Shown one piece after another: positions 38,633-48,730 of a stretch of 64,000 bases of DNA; position 1 is the first letter of the stretch, and each line of letters opens with the position of its first letter. Origin of the DNA: Planctomycetota bacterium (GTDB lineage Bacteria; Planctomycetota; MHYJ01; JACQXL01; JACQZI01); assembly GCA_016207825.1 (NCBI GenBank), contig JACQZI010000005.1:1122-65121 (forward strand). The letters run 5' to 3'. A model generated the notes under the pieces. The model was not told the DNA's origin and made no database searches. It saw only the letters and a list, made by a program, of their open reading frames with translations. Made by a program: the position numbers and the translations under genes.

Positions 38633-38664
38633 ATTATACTCCCTGCACTTGGGTATAGAGTCAA
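38633..38664 (-). promoter_or_regulatory. MerR-type promoter with an extended 20-bp spacer and internal dyad
   Basis: TTGACT-N20-TATAAT; imperfect dyad ACTCTATAC-N4-GTGCAGGGA; ATG follows 6 nt after the -10. Confidence 0.85.
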
Positions 38665-38839
38665 GTTTTTTACGGTTAAATTTTAGTTAAATACTTGAGT
38701 TTGGCAAATTTTGAGTAGAAGGCGGAAAAACCACATAAATAAGAGTTAAATGCCCCTATGTCTCCCTAGACCCTCCCCGACCCCGAAAACATTCGGGGTT
38801 GGGGTCGGACACTCAGGGCATCGGGACGGGGTGGAGCCT

Positions 38840-39640
38840 TTACTTTTTCTCTTTGAGTTCCTGGGCTTGTTTTTTGACCAGTCTCATTTCTTCGGGGTCA
38901 AAAGATTCCCAGGCGGTTCCCAGAATCGCCGGATACTCCTTCTCGATTGCCTTGGCCACATAATTTAATAAAACGGCATAATAGGGAGCCACGTTGCCTT
39001 TGATTGAATCTTCGTCCCGAAGAATTACGTTATAAGGCACTTCGGTGTTAGGAATCTCCAGGCTCTTAGACCACATCAGCTCGCGGGTCAGGGGTTCCCG
39101 CAATTCCAGATTGATTTTCCCGCTCAGCACGAACTTTCCGGTCATGTCTGAACCCTTGCCGCCGCCCAACTTGGATTCGATTTTGACCGATTTGGATTCA
39201 TAGTCCTGCGCGTCGAGGGAAAGTTCTGTCGTGGAGATAAGAATCAGGTCACTGCCTTTTTTATCCGGAAAGGGAATCTTGTCATAAGAAGCAAATGGGC
39301 CGCGGACGCTAAAGCCTTTGGCCGTCAGGAGGCTCAGAAAGCCCGGTTCCAGCTCATCGCCTAAGGATTTAAATTGTTGATGGGGAAACCAAGTCTCGAT
39401 GTCTTTAGAGAGAAGCCAGGTAATGCCGGGAAGGGCTTTGACTTTAACATCAGCACTGCCTAACAGCAACGTTACGCCCGCGGAATCCGGCTCGGCCTGG
39501 GCAGGCGGGGTATAGCTAAAAGCCGGGGTATAGGCCTCGACCTTTGGTTCTTGCTGTTTTTCCGACGGACTCATGTTACAGCCCAGAAACATGCCGGATA
39601 AAAGAGCCGCGGCCAAAACTACCAGGCATATTCTTGTCAT
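38840..39640 (-). CDS. Hypothetical lipoprotein
   Basis: Lipobox FLGC after a hydrophobic stretch from ATG 39640; RBS aaggag. Confidence 0.75.
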   Translation of the reverse strand: MTRICLVVLAAALLSGMFLGCNMSPSEKQQEPKVEAYTPAFSYTPPAQAEPDSAGVTLLLGSADVKVKALPGITWLLSKDIETWFPHQQFKSLGDELEPGFLSLLTAKGFSVRGPFASYDKIPFPDKKGSDLILISTTELSLDAQDYESKSVKIESKLGGGKGSDMTGKFVLSGKINLELREPLTRELMWSKSLEIPNTEVPYNVILRDEDSIKGNVAPYYAVLLNYVAKAIEKEYPAILGTAWESFDPEEMRLVKKQAQELKEKK

Positions 39641-39957
39641 CTTATTCTCCTTATTTTCTACGGTGGCACAAACCTTTATTCCCACAGTAGAATATCAGAA
39701 TTATCAGGAATGTCAATCTATTTATTCTGCCTCGTTTTTTTTTGTTATCCAGTTTGACTTTAGCCGTGTTTTATGATATAAATAATATTTTGTAAGCTGA
39801 TTAAGCGGATTGAACCGGTTTGGTTTGTGTATCAGAAAAATCAGATAAATTGGCTTAATCTGCCTCTACCTATTTATTAAATCAGGCGTCCCCGAATCAC
39901 GCAAAGCGGGATGAAAGGGACTTACTTTATTAATCTCTTATGGAAAACGAGAACTGT

Positions 39958-40121
39958 TTCGCCATTCCAAAGTTAAGTATTAAATCAAAGGCGAACGTGC
40001 TCATTATACCATTGATAGCAGTATGTTAAACGAGCGCTGCTTCGCCATTCCAAAGTTAAGTATTAAATCAAAGGCGAACGTGCTCGTTATACCAATTATA
40101 GCAGTATGTTAAACGAGCGCT
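39958..40121 (+). repeat. 83-bp tandem duplication covering the dinB upstream region and start codon
   Basis: ttcgccattcc...gtatgttaaacgagcgct occurs at 39958 and 40041. Confidence 0.9.
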
Positions 40122-41299
40122 ATATCGTCCACGTTGATATGGATGCGTTTTTCGCCGCTATCGAACAGCGGGATAATCCGTCCTTGCGCGGGAAACCGGT
40201 TATTGTAGGTTCCGATCCTAAAGGGGGCAAAGGCCGTGGCGTAGTCTCCACATGCTCATACGAGGCGCGCAAGTTCGGAATCCATTCCGCCATGCCTATC
40301 TCGGAAGCCTATCGCAGGTGCCCCACCGCCATCTTTCTCCCCGTTGATATGGAAAAATACTCGCGCGTCTCAGGCGAGATATTCAAACTGCTCTATGAAT
40401 TCACTCCGGTCATCGAACCCGTCAGCATTGACGAGGCGTTTCTGGATATCACGGAAAGCTATAAAATCTTTGGAACGCCGCTCAAGACCTGTGCATTAAT
40501 CAAGGAACGCATCAAAAAGGAAACGGGATTGACTGCATCGCTCGGGATGGCGCCGGTCAAGATGGTTGCCAAGATTGCCTCCGACCTAAAAAAGCCCGAT
40601 GGCTTTGTCGAAGTGAAAGCGGGCAAGGTGCGCGAGTTCCTGAACCCACTGCCTATCAGAAAACTCTGGGGATTGGGGGAAAAGAGTGAAATCATTTTTA
40701 ACCGAATGGGGATTAAAACCATCGGCCAACTCGCCCGGATGGATGAAGAGAAATTAGTTGAGATACTCGGAGAAAACGGGCGGCATCTGCTCTCCCTCTC
40801 TAAAGGAATCGACCCGCGGGAAGTCGTGACCGAATATGAAACCAAATCCGTCAGCAAGGAATTCACCTTTGATGTTGATACGCTGGATAAGAAAAAGATA
40901 GAAGCGACCCTGATGCTCTTGTGCGAGGGGGTCTCGGCTAATCTGCGCGCGGAGGGATTAAAAGGCCGGACCATCACCCTGAAAATCCGGCTGGAAGGCT
41001 TTGAAACTTACACGCGGGCGGCAACTATAACTGAGCCGACGAACTTCGAGGACGTGATTTACCAGGAAATAAAAACGCTCTATAATAAGTTTGAGACACG
41101 AGGGAAAAGGATTCGGCTTTTGGGGGTGAAGGTTTCGCACTTCGGCGAGGTGGGAATACAAACGAACCTCTTCGAAAAGCCCGACCGGAAAAAGGAAGAA
41201 CTCCACAAGGCGCTTGACGCCATCAAGAAGAAGTTCGGCGATGACGCCATCCACCGCGCCACGGTAATAAAAAATAAAGACGAGTCACAAACCAGTTGA
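40106..41299 (+). CDS. dinB: DNA polymerase IV
   Basis: HVDMDAFFA, SYEARKFG, SIDEAFLD, KIASDLKKPDG. Confidence 0.96.
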   Translation: MLNERYIVHVDMDAFFAAIEQRDNPSLRGKPVIVGSDPKGGKGRGVVSTCSYEARKFGIHSAMPISEAYRRCPTAIFLPVDMEKYSRVSGEIFKLLYEFTPVIEPVSIDEAFLDITESYKIFGTPLKTCALIKERIKKETGLTASLGMAPVKMVAKIASDLKKPDGFVEVKAGKVREFLNPLPIRKLWGLGEKSEIIFNRMGIKTIGQLARMDEEKLVEILGENGRHLLSLSKGIDPREVVTEYETKSVSKEFTFDVDTLDKKKIEATLMLLCEGVSANLRAEGLKGRTITLKIRLEGFETYTRAATITEPTNFEDVIYQEIKTLYNKFETRGKRIRLLGVKVSHFGEVGIQTNLFEKPDRKKEELHKALDAIKKKFGDDAIHRATVIKNKDESQTS

Positions 41300-41332
41300 C
41301 AGGCAAAGGTATATTTATTATATTATACCAGT

Positions 41333-43360
41333 ATGAAAGATAAGCAATTATCAGAATACCTCGAAAAGATTAGTTCATTCGGGGGAAAAAGCAACTGGCA
41401 AAAAGTAAGGCATCTCGGGGAGACGGCCGTAAAAAAGCTGGCGACACTCCATTACACACCCCAAGAAGAATTTACGCTCTACCGCCAGATGGGACTGGCT
41501 TATTATAATCTGGTGGAATATCCCCGTTCGGTTGATATTTTCTACAAGGCCTATCTGGTAGCCTCGCGCAATTCATTCCCGCCAATACAAGTAGCTTATG
41601 CCCATTACAGCTTAGGGCTTGGTTTTCTTGTAATGCACCACATCAAGCAATCTTTAGCGCAATTACTGAAGGTGGAACAATATTACCAAAAATATGGCGA
41701 TGCGACCCCGCCGATGAACCGGAATAAGTATTATTTCTCACTTATCTATATCGCTCTTTGCCATCTCTATAATAATGAAATAGACAAAGCACGGGAGGTA
41801 ATCGAACAGAAACTTGCCGGCCCGATGGAAACAGAATCGAACGGCATTATTTTAAATAGTTATCATCACCTGAAAGGCGAATATGCCTACGCCATAAAAG
41901 ATTATGTCGCATCCCGCAAGGCTTTCAACGAATGCGTTAAAATCAGCGAGGAGTTCAAATTCCCGCGCGGCATCCTGGAAGCAAAGGTGCATATAGTCAC
42001 CCTTGATATCCTGGAAGGACATTTGGATTCTGCCGTCCGGCTGGCAACCAGTATCTTTCAAGACGCCCGCCGGATAAAATATAACGAACTCGTTTGCGAA
42101 GCCGGATTGCTTTTAAGTAAATGTTATTCCCTCTTCCGCCAGCCGAACAAGGCGCAGGCAATCGAAAAACGTATCAAACCGCTTTTACGGAAACTGGACA
42201 TCATCTGGTTTTATGAAAAAACCCGGGAGTTTGAACTGCTCTATCAACAAATGGAAACAAGCGTCAATTTACCGCAGGCAATGCATCCCGATACTGCGAG
42301 CCGGGAGACGTGGCTGACCCGGACAAAACCACTGCCGGAAGTGCTTGCCCAGGCGATTAACCACTGTTCCGCGCAAATGCCTTATAAAAGTGTGATTATC
42401 GGTAATGCACCGCCGATGCGGGAGGTTTGCCAGTTGATTAATCGGATTGGCCCGACCGACCTGCCCGTTTTAATCCAGGGGGAAACCGGGACGGGCAAGG
42501 AACTTGTGGCCCACGCGGTTCACCACCTCCATAATCTGCGTTCATCCAAACCGTTATTAGCTTTTAATTGCGGGGCTTTCCCGGAGACCCTGATTGAAAG
42601 CGAACTCTTCGGGCATACCAAAGGCGCCTTTACGGGGGCAAGCGAGAAAAAGAAAGGCTATATTGAACTGGCGTCCGGGGGATCGCTTTTTATGGATGAG
42701 GTCGCCAATATGTCTTCATCAATGCAACAGAAACTATTGCGGGTCCTGGAAGAAAAACAAGTTTGGCCGCTGGGGGCGGAAAAAGCGATTCCTATCAATA
42801 CCCGCTTTATTTTTGCTTCCAACCGAAACCTTGACAACTTAGTCCGCCAGAAACTTTTCCGGGAAGACTTGTTCTACCGGATTAATACAATTGTCATTAC
42901 TCTTCCATCCCTGCGTGACCGCAAGGACGATATCCCTTTGCTAATCCAGCACTTCCTTGCTAAATATTCTCCTAAAGACGCACGACACAGTGCGCAGCCT
43001 CCCGTAGGGATAACGCAGGACGCACAACGCCTCCTCACCACCTATTCCTGGCCAGGAAATGTAAGAGAACTGGAAAATGAGGCCAAAAAGATTTGCGTGC
43101 TGTATCCTGATGCCAAATTAATCAAAGACGATATGCTTTCCGATGCTATCCGGGCTTGCAAACCAACCAGTGAATATTTATCAAACAACAGATTAACCTT
43201 AAAAGAACAGAGGGCAGACTGGGAACGGAATACCATCAAAGAAACCATAAAAAAATGCTCCGGCAATATCACCAAAACCGCCTCCCGGTTAGGATTAGAC
43301 CGTTCCGGCTTATACAAAAAAATGCGGGAATTAAACATCCCGTTCAAAGATGTAGACTAA
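41333..43360 (+). CDS. Sigma54-dependent TPR enhancer-binding protein (copy 3)
   Basis: GETGTGKE, ESELFGH.KGAFTGA, WPGNVRELEN, HTH. Confidence 0.93.
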   Translation: MKDKQLSEYLEKISSFGGKSNWQKVRHLGETAVKKLATLHYTPQEEFTLYRQMGLAYYNLVEYPRSVDIFYKAYLVASRNSFPPIQVAYAHYSLGLGFLVMHHIKQSLAQLLKVEQYYQKYGDATPPMNRNKYYFSLIYIALCHLYNNEIDKAREVIEQKLAGPMETESNGIILNSYHHLKGEYAYAIKDYVASRKAFNECVKISEEFKFPRGILEAKVHIVTLDILEGHLDSAVRLATSIFQDARRIKYNELVCEAGLLLSKCYSLFRQPNKAQAIEKRIKPLLRKLDIIWFYEKTREFELLYQQMETSVNLPQAMHPDTASRETWLTRTKPLPEVLAQAINHCSAQMPYKSVIIGNAPPMREVCQLINRIGPTDLPVLIQGETGTGKELVAHAVHHLHNLRSSKPLLAFNCGAFPETLIESELFGHTKGAFTGASEKKKGYIELASGGSLFMDEVANMSSSMQQKLLRVLEEKQVWPLGAEKAIPINTRFIFASNRNLDNLVRQKLFREDLFYRINTIVITLPSLRDRKDDIPLLIQHFLAKYSPKDARHSAQPPVGITQDAQRLLTTYSWPGNVRELENEAKKICVLYPDAKLIKDDMLSDAIRACKPTSEYLSNNRLTLKEQRADWERNTIKETIKKCSGNITKTASRLGLDRSGLYKKMRELNIPFKDVD

Positions 43361-43389
43361 ACCCCTCTGGTGTAGACTTTTTTCCACAC
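43351..43389. promoter_or_regulatory. Putative enhancer sites
   Basis: TGTAGACT repeated 20 bp apart; the second forms the imperfect palindrome GTGTAGA-N6-TCCACAC. Confidence 0.5.
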
Positions 43390-43487
43390 TTTAATCAAAT
43401 CCATTTTATCGCAGGCGGCTATCCATCCACAACCTCTTTATTTTAAGCAGTTAGAAACTCGGTGCTTTTAGCTAAAACAGCCTTCTT

Positions 43488-43503
43488 TGGCACGTTATTT
43501 GCT
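43488..43503 (+). promoter_or_regulatory. Sigma54 (-24/-12) promoter
   Basis: TGGCACGTTATTTGCT. Confidence 0.9.
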
Positions 43504-43540
43504 ATATATAATGTATATATCAATAACGAAAGGATAGCAT

Positions 43541-43789
43541 ATGAATAACAACAAAGCGAATAAATCGGGATTAGCTTGCCCCCCGCTCAGCACGGATGAT
43601 CTCGTTGTGTTGCGCGGCAAACCAATGGCAAAAATAATCCAACCTATTAATAACCATCCTCATCCTGCAAAGGACTCGTTCCCGTCTACAACAGAAGAAT
43701 GGGTTTACATATCTATCAGGGATAATTCTAATGAACATTATTTCTTTGAAAATCAACAGCTTGTTGGATGGAAGAAAACAGCGGTATGA
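43541..43789 (+). CDS. Small BamE/SmpA-like protein (paralog of 2538..2750)
   Basis: PLSTDDLVVLRGKP...EEWVY...EHYFFENQQLVGWKKTAV. Confidence 0.8.
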   Translation: MNNNKANKSGLACPPLSTDDLVVLRGKPMAKIIQPINNHPHPAKDSFPSTTEEWVYISIRDNSNEHYFFENQQLVGWKKTAV

Positions 43790-43857
43790 AAGTATGCATT
43801 AATATGCCAGGGAGACGAAAGCCCGCCGAAGGCGGGTCCGTCTCTGGCGGAAAAGGA

Positions 43858-44337
43858 ATGAATATGAAGGCAAAAACAAAATTAGGGCTAAGCATCCTTG
43901 GGGTTTTGGGATTGGTGTCAGCGGCGCTTATTGGTTTTACTAACCACACCGCTAAATATGAAATAAAACCGCAGGCTGGCGACAAAATAGAATATAGATG
44001 CCGTCCCTTGGCCGTAGGGCAAGGGGCTGAAGCTAAATTAAGCCGCGTAATCGTTTATCAATGCGGGCTTCCGCTTAGCCGGGCTTGTGAAGTTTCTAAC
44101 GGCGTTATCACCCTGCCGGTTGGCGATGAACGGATACTTTCCATTAACGGATATGATGCCCTTGGAAATCCGGTTGAGACCGAAGGTTCTACCTGGGATA
44201 TTAACCGGGTTGAATGTCTGTCATGTTGTTCGCAATGTAATAAGCAATTAAGCATAAAAGGCATAAACCCCGGGACAGCAAATATCACGTTAAGATGCGG
44301 AGGAATAACCGTTCCGGTAAAAGTCGTGGTGCAGTAA
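43858..44337 (+). CDS. Small secreted Cys-rich protein with Ig-like C-terminus
   Basis: Signal peptide; CLSCCSQC; GINPGTANITL...VKVVVQ; start uncertain. Confidence 0.65.
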   Translation: MNMKAKTKLGLSILGVLGLVSAALIGFTNHTAKYEIKPQAGDKIEYRCRPLAVGQGAEAKLSRVIVYQCGLPLSRACEVSNGVITLPVGDERILSINGYDALGNPVETEGSTWDINRVECLSCCSQCNKQLSIKGINPGTANITLRCGGITVPVKVVVQ

Positions 44338-44352
44338 CAAAAGGAGCTGTTT

Positions 44353-45702
44353 ATGGGTAAATTAACCATTGGTGTTCTTGTCATCGTCTTTATCATCTCT
44401 GGCTCTCTCCACGCCGAAACGTTTATTGAAAACTTTTCGACCACCACCAACAAAGACGCCGGCAACACTACGGCTAACTGGGATACCGCAACCGGTCTTT
44501 TAAAACTTCCGGGAAGCGGTGCGACATCCGAAAAACCTTTAAGCACGAATACATTCCCTACTTCATCCCTTGCCGCTGTTTATGAAATAGGTTGGCGATT
44601 TATCCCTCAAGTCAATGGTCAAATCACCGCCTTAGGCAGATATGATGATGCGTCTCATAATAATACTATTATTACGTTGTGGAACGATTCGGGCGGACAA
44701 CTGGCCCAGGTAACGGTGGTAAACAGCGCCGGATGGTCATGGGCGGCCTTAGGTACACCGGTCAATGTAACGGCCGGCACTGCTTACCGGGTAAGCCTTT
44801 GGTGTTCGACTGGCTATAAATACGGCGCATGGGCTCAACCACAAATCAGAGGAAATATCCAAATAACCTCATATTGTTATCTTGTGAATACCCATGCGTA
44901 TCCTAACCTTACGGGGACAGGCTATATGTACGGAGTCCCTGATATAGAATTCACTGTTGGTGGCGGTTACCAAACACCTAAAACCGGACAATCTACAAAA
45001 ATCAATACAACCTTCGATACCATTCAGGCGGTTAACCTGTCCGTTTCAGGTACTCTGCCGGCGAATACCGCCATTACTTATGAAATCACCGCCAACGCCG
45101 GGACAAACTGGTATCAAATCACGCCGACCGCGCAAGGGAATGAATTTATTATTCCTCAAGTCGGCAGGGGAAACGACCTTAGGTGGCGCGCGAATTTATC
45201 TACTGCTAATACCAACGTTACGCCGTCCTTGGACCAATTAATAATCACTTATTATACAGGCAGCGCTTTAGTCACCACCACCAACTGGACGGGTTTGGTT
45301 AATACGAATCCGATTAAAATGGGTCAATCAATTGCTTATATCAAGTTTGATGCCAAAACCGATTCAGGAACCGCATGTTGGAAGCGTTTTCGTGTTGATA
45401 AAGGGCTGAAAACATACACAAACTCTGCCTGCCCGGATAATAAGATTGAAGTCCAGGTTTGGTGTGATACAAATACCAACGGCTTCTGGGATACCGGCGA
45501 TACGTTTATCGCCAAAGGTAATTTTACTAACGGCACTTGTTACCTCAATATGAACCGCTGGCAGGTAACGACCACCTCTAAAACATATTACATCGTGTAT
45601 AAGCTTGCTAATGATATTGGAGGTGGTCAACGTGCCGGGGTAAGCGTGAAAGATAGTAGTTATCTTGAGTTCGAGAATGCTACATGTGTAGGTGTTCCGT
45701 AA
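44353..45702 (+). CDS. Secreted DUF4082-like passenger + family C-terminal domain
   Basis: YEIGWRFIPQVNGQITALGRY; C-terminus SSYLEFENATCVGVP. Confidence 0.88.
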   Translation: MGKLTIGVLVIVFIISGSLHAETFIENFSTTTNKDAGNTTANWDTATGLLKLPGSGATSEKPLSTNTFPTSSLAAVYEIGWRFIPQVNGQITALGRYDDASHNNTIITLWNDSGGQLAQVTVVNSAGWSWAALGTPVNVTAGTAYRVSLWCSTGYKYGAWAQPQIRGNIQITSYCYLVNTHAYPNLTGTGYMYGVPDIEFTVGGGYQTPKTGQSTKINTTFDTIQAVNLSVSGTLPANTAITYEITANAGTNWYQITPTAQGNEFIIPQVGRGNDLRWRANLSTANTNVTPSLDQLIITYYTGSALVTTTNWTGLVNTNPIKMGQSIAYIKFDAKTDSGTACWKRFRVDKGLKTYTNSACPDNKIEVQVWCDTNTNGFWDTGDTFIAKGNFTNGTCYLNMNRWQVTTTSKTYYIVYKLANDIGGGQRAGVSVKDSSYLEFENATCVGVP

Positions 45703-45823
45703 CACGAAATCAGTGCGAAGCCTCCCCGACAGGGGGCGAAACTGAAATGCGGAAACACGAAAGATTAATATTCCGTGTTTTCGTGAATTCTTTTCGTGTT
45801 TTCGTGTAACAGAAAGGAGGTGC

Positions 45824-47086
45824 GTGTTCTCGCAAGGGTATAACCTGTGCCCTCAAGGGCAAAACTTGTGCTCTCAAGAGCAGAACTCGTACCCTCAAGA
45901 GCAGGACTTGTGCCCACAAGGGCAGAACCTGTGCCCGCAATGGCAAAACCTGTGCTCTCAAGGGCAGAACTTGTGCCCGCAAAGGCAAAACCTGTGCCCG
46001 CAAGGGCAGAACTCGTGCCCCGAAATTCTTCGGGGTACCCCCGACCGTAAAAAACTGCTGGAAAACAAAGATTCTAACCAACCCGCATGCTGTCTCTTGG
46101 CTCCGATAATCAAGCCGTTTAGCGATACTTTGAAGGAAGCGTGCAAAAATAAAAACCAGGTGATTAAAGACCGGGCCAATCAAGTTCGCTTGAGCCTTTT
46201 GGCTTCGGTTAAATCAAAAATCATTTACATTTCCGGCAGTGCCTTACATATAAAGGATATAATAGGCAACGATTCCCCGATAATCAATTTTAACGATATA
46301 ACAGATTTGCCATCTATCTGTTCGAAATGCAATATCGCGGTCAATCAGGCTGGAGATAAAATCCTGTTTGTCGGCTATGACCGGGAAAAGAACAGGGATA
46401 TTTATAAGCTGGATATAACAGAGAAAAAATGTTATCGGCTTACAGAAGATACGGCAGATGATTTTGCCCCTTCTTGGAGTCCGGACGGAACTAAAATCAC
46501 ATTTACTTCAACTCGGGATGGCAATGATGAAATATATGTAATGGATGCGGACGGAAAAAATCAAAAGCGTCTTACGGAAAATAAAACTAATGATAGCATG
46601 CCTGTCTGGAGGCCGGATGGCACATTCATTGCTTTTATTTCCGACCGTGATGGAACAAACACCATTTACACGATGAATCCTGACGGGACAAACCAGCAGA
46701 AAGTTCTTAGCCTTAAAGCGGATAATATTTCCGCTCTCGGAATGCATCCGGATGGGACTAAAATCGCATTTGCCTCCAACCGGAGCGGAAAATATGAAAT
46801 ATACACAGCCGGAGGAATGGGCGATGAAATAACACAGATAACCAAATGTCCGGAAGAGTTTGAATTCGTCGGCAGTCCAATCTGGAGTCCGGACGTCACG
46901 CAAATCGCGTTTGCCGCAAAGGTAAAAGGGCAACATGAGATTTATATAATGCCTGCCCGTCCGTCAGGCGGGAATGTGGACGGCTCAAATATGCGCAATA
47001 TAAGCAATAATCCAGAAGCTGACGATCTTTCGCCCGCTTGGATTCCATCCGATTTAAAAAAGCTTTCTATCTTATTTTCAGAATGA
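45824..47086 (+). CDS. Chimeric heptad-repeat + TolB-like (PD40) propeller, lacking a signal peptide
   Basis: (PQGQNLC)9 in frame with WSPDGTKI repeats; region homologous to the 27159 protein from the cap onward. Confidence 0.7.
   Translation: MFSQGYNLCPQGQNLCSQEQNSYPQEQDLCPQGQNLCPQWQNLCSQGQNLCPQRQNLCPQGQNSCPEILRGTPDRKKLLENKDSNQPACCLLAPIIKPFSDTLKEACKNKNQVIKDRANQVRLSLLASVKSKIIYISGSALHIKDIIGNDSPIINFNDITDLPSICSKCNIAVNQAGDKILFVGYDREKNRDIYKLDITEKKCYRLTEDTADDFAPSWSPDGTKITFTSTRDGNDEIYVMDADGKNQKRLTENKTNDSMPVWRPDGTFIAFISDRDGTNTIYTMNPDGTNQQKVLSLKADNISALGMHPDGTKIAFASNRSGKYEIYTAGGMGDEITQITKCPEEFEFVGSPIWSPDVTQIAFAAKVKGQHEIYIMPARPSGGNVDGSNMRNISNNPEADDLSPAWIPSDLKKLSILFSE
45830..46018. repeat. 21-bp tandem array, 9 copies (duplicate of 23111..23425)
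   Basis: Same units and flanks; 6 units (two 63-bp triplets) shorter. Confidence 0.95.
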
Positions 47087-48714
47087 TTAATAAACTAAAA
47101 CGTTTTATTGACTCTATCGAAAACACCAAGCTTGGTTTCGGCTGGTGGATAATTACTTTTTCATGCATCATTCTGGTCCGAAATTTCCTCGAAGGGATTT
47201 TGGAGATTGATAAAACCATCGGGTTTATAGATGACCCCTATGCATCTATAATGAGGTTTTTTAGCCACTATCCCCTTTTCTATCTTAGCCAGTTTTTCAT
47301 CCTGGTAATCCTGCTCCGGTTGCTTACAAAGGAGCGGATAGAAAAGATATCCAAAACAGTCATAGTATTCTGGATTATCACCTGGTTTCCGCCTGTTTTC
47401 GACTTCTTTTTCTCCGGAGGCAAGGGGGAAAACGCCGTATACTTTTTCACGGTCAATGAAGTCTGGAATTTCTTTATTAACTGCGCCAATCCGCTGGTAA
47501 GTTTTCCCAAAAACGCACCCCCGGGCATCCGGATAGAGTTTGTGTTGGTTAGTTTATTAGCCATTATCTATGTTTTTACCAAGACTAAAAAACTGATTAA
47601 ATCAATTGCCGGTGCGATTCTATTCTATTTGTCTTTTACCGTTTACGCCGCTGGTTTCCTGGCTATATTGGCGCATATATGGAATGCAATTTTTCCGCAA
47701 CTTCCTCCGCTTAATACCGGAACGCCTTTTGAGAAAATATATAACGACAGCCCCAGTTTGATAATCAGGTCAGACCAAAGGGTCTCTTTAATTTTCCTGC
47801 TCGTTATAATGGTTGCGATATTTATCTGGTATTTCTTGTATGACCGCAATAAGTGCCTGGCGCTTTTAAAGAATATAAGGCTAACCAGATGCATTCACTT
47901 CTGCGGGTTAGTCCTTGGAGGAATACTATTAGGCTATCTTGCGGAAAGAAATAATTTACTTGGAGTATTTAGCAACCCGATAGACTATCTTGCCTGCATA
48001 GGGCTATGCCTGGCAATCTTTTTTGCCATCCAGTCTTTGATAGTCGTGAATGATATCTTTGACATTGAAAGCGACCGTATCTCCAATCCAAACCGGCCGT
48101 TAACACAGGGAATTATTCCATTGGATGAATATAAAACTATTGGATTGGTTTATTTCCTGTTAATGGGTTATTTTGCGGCTAATATTTCATATCTTTCTCT
48201 GGTAATCACCCTTTTCTTTAGCGCTTTATACCTGATTTATTCTATTCCGCCTTTCAGGTTAAAACGTATTTTCCCGTTTAATATGATGGTGATAGGAATA
48301 AACTCTTTGGTGGCGATGCTATTGGGTTATGCTTTGTTGGGAGGCTCAAAAACGGTAGAGAAATTTCCTAAGGAGCTTATGATACTGGTCCCGCTAAGTT
48401 TTTCCCTCGCGGCTAATATTATTACCATTAAAGATGTTAAAGCTGATAAGCAAGCAGGAGTAATCACCCTGCCGGTTTTGTTAGGGGAAAAGATAGGGAG
48501 GATAATTATTGCTTTTTTGGTTTTAGCGGCTTATCTGGCTGTTCCGTTAATTTTAGGCATACCTCAATTATGGCTGGCTTCTATCCTGTTTGGAATACTG
48601 GCTGGCTTCTGGATTTTAAGAAAGAAATGGCAGGAAACGCCGTTTTTTATCAGTTATTTTATTTATTTAGCAATCGTATTCTATGCGATTGGCATGAGCA
48701 GTAAATATATTTAA
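47083..48714 (+). CDS. UbiA-family prenyltransferase with an extra N-terminal multi-TM domain
   Basis: NDIFDIESDRISNPNRPL and IKDVKADKQAGVITLP Asp-rich motifs; ATG overlaps the upstream TGA. Confidence 0.87.
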   Translation: MINKLKRFIDSIENTKLGFGWWIITFSCIILVRNFLEGILEIDKTIGFIDDPYASIMRFFSHYPLFYLSQFFILVILLRLLTKERIEKISKTVIVFWIITWFPPVFDFFFSGGKGENAVYFFTVNEVWNFFINCANPLVSFPKNAPPGIRIEFVLVSLLAIIYVFTKTKKLIKSIAGAILFYLSFTVYAAGFLAILAHIWNAIFPQLPPLNTGTPFEKIYNDSPSLIIRSDQRVSLIFLLVIMVAIFIWYFLYDRNKCLALLKNIRLTRCIHFCGLVLGGILLGYLAERNNLLGVFSNPIDYLACIGLCLAIFFAIQSLIVVNDIFDIESDRISNPNRPLTQGIIPLDEYKTIGLVYFLLMGYFAANISYLSLVITLFFSALYLIYSIPPFRLKRIFPFNMMVIGINSLVAMLLGYALLGGSKTVEKFPKELMILVPLSFSLAANIITIKDVKADKQAGVITLPVLLGEKIGRIIIAFLVLAAYLAVPLILGIPQLWLASILFGILAGFWILRKKWQETPFFISYFIYLAIVFYAIGMSSKYI

Positions 48715-48730
48715 GTAAAAGGAGGAAATT

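Noticed and set aside
39990..40090. LexA (Cheo) box upstream of dinB
   Set aside because: GAACGTGCTC does not fit GAAC-N4-GTTC spacing
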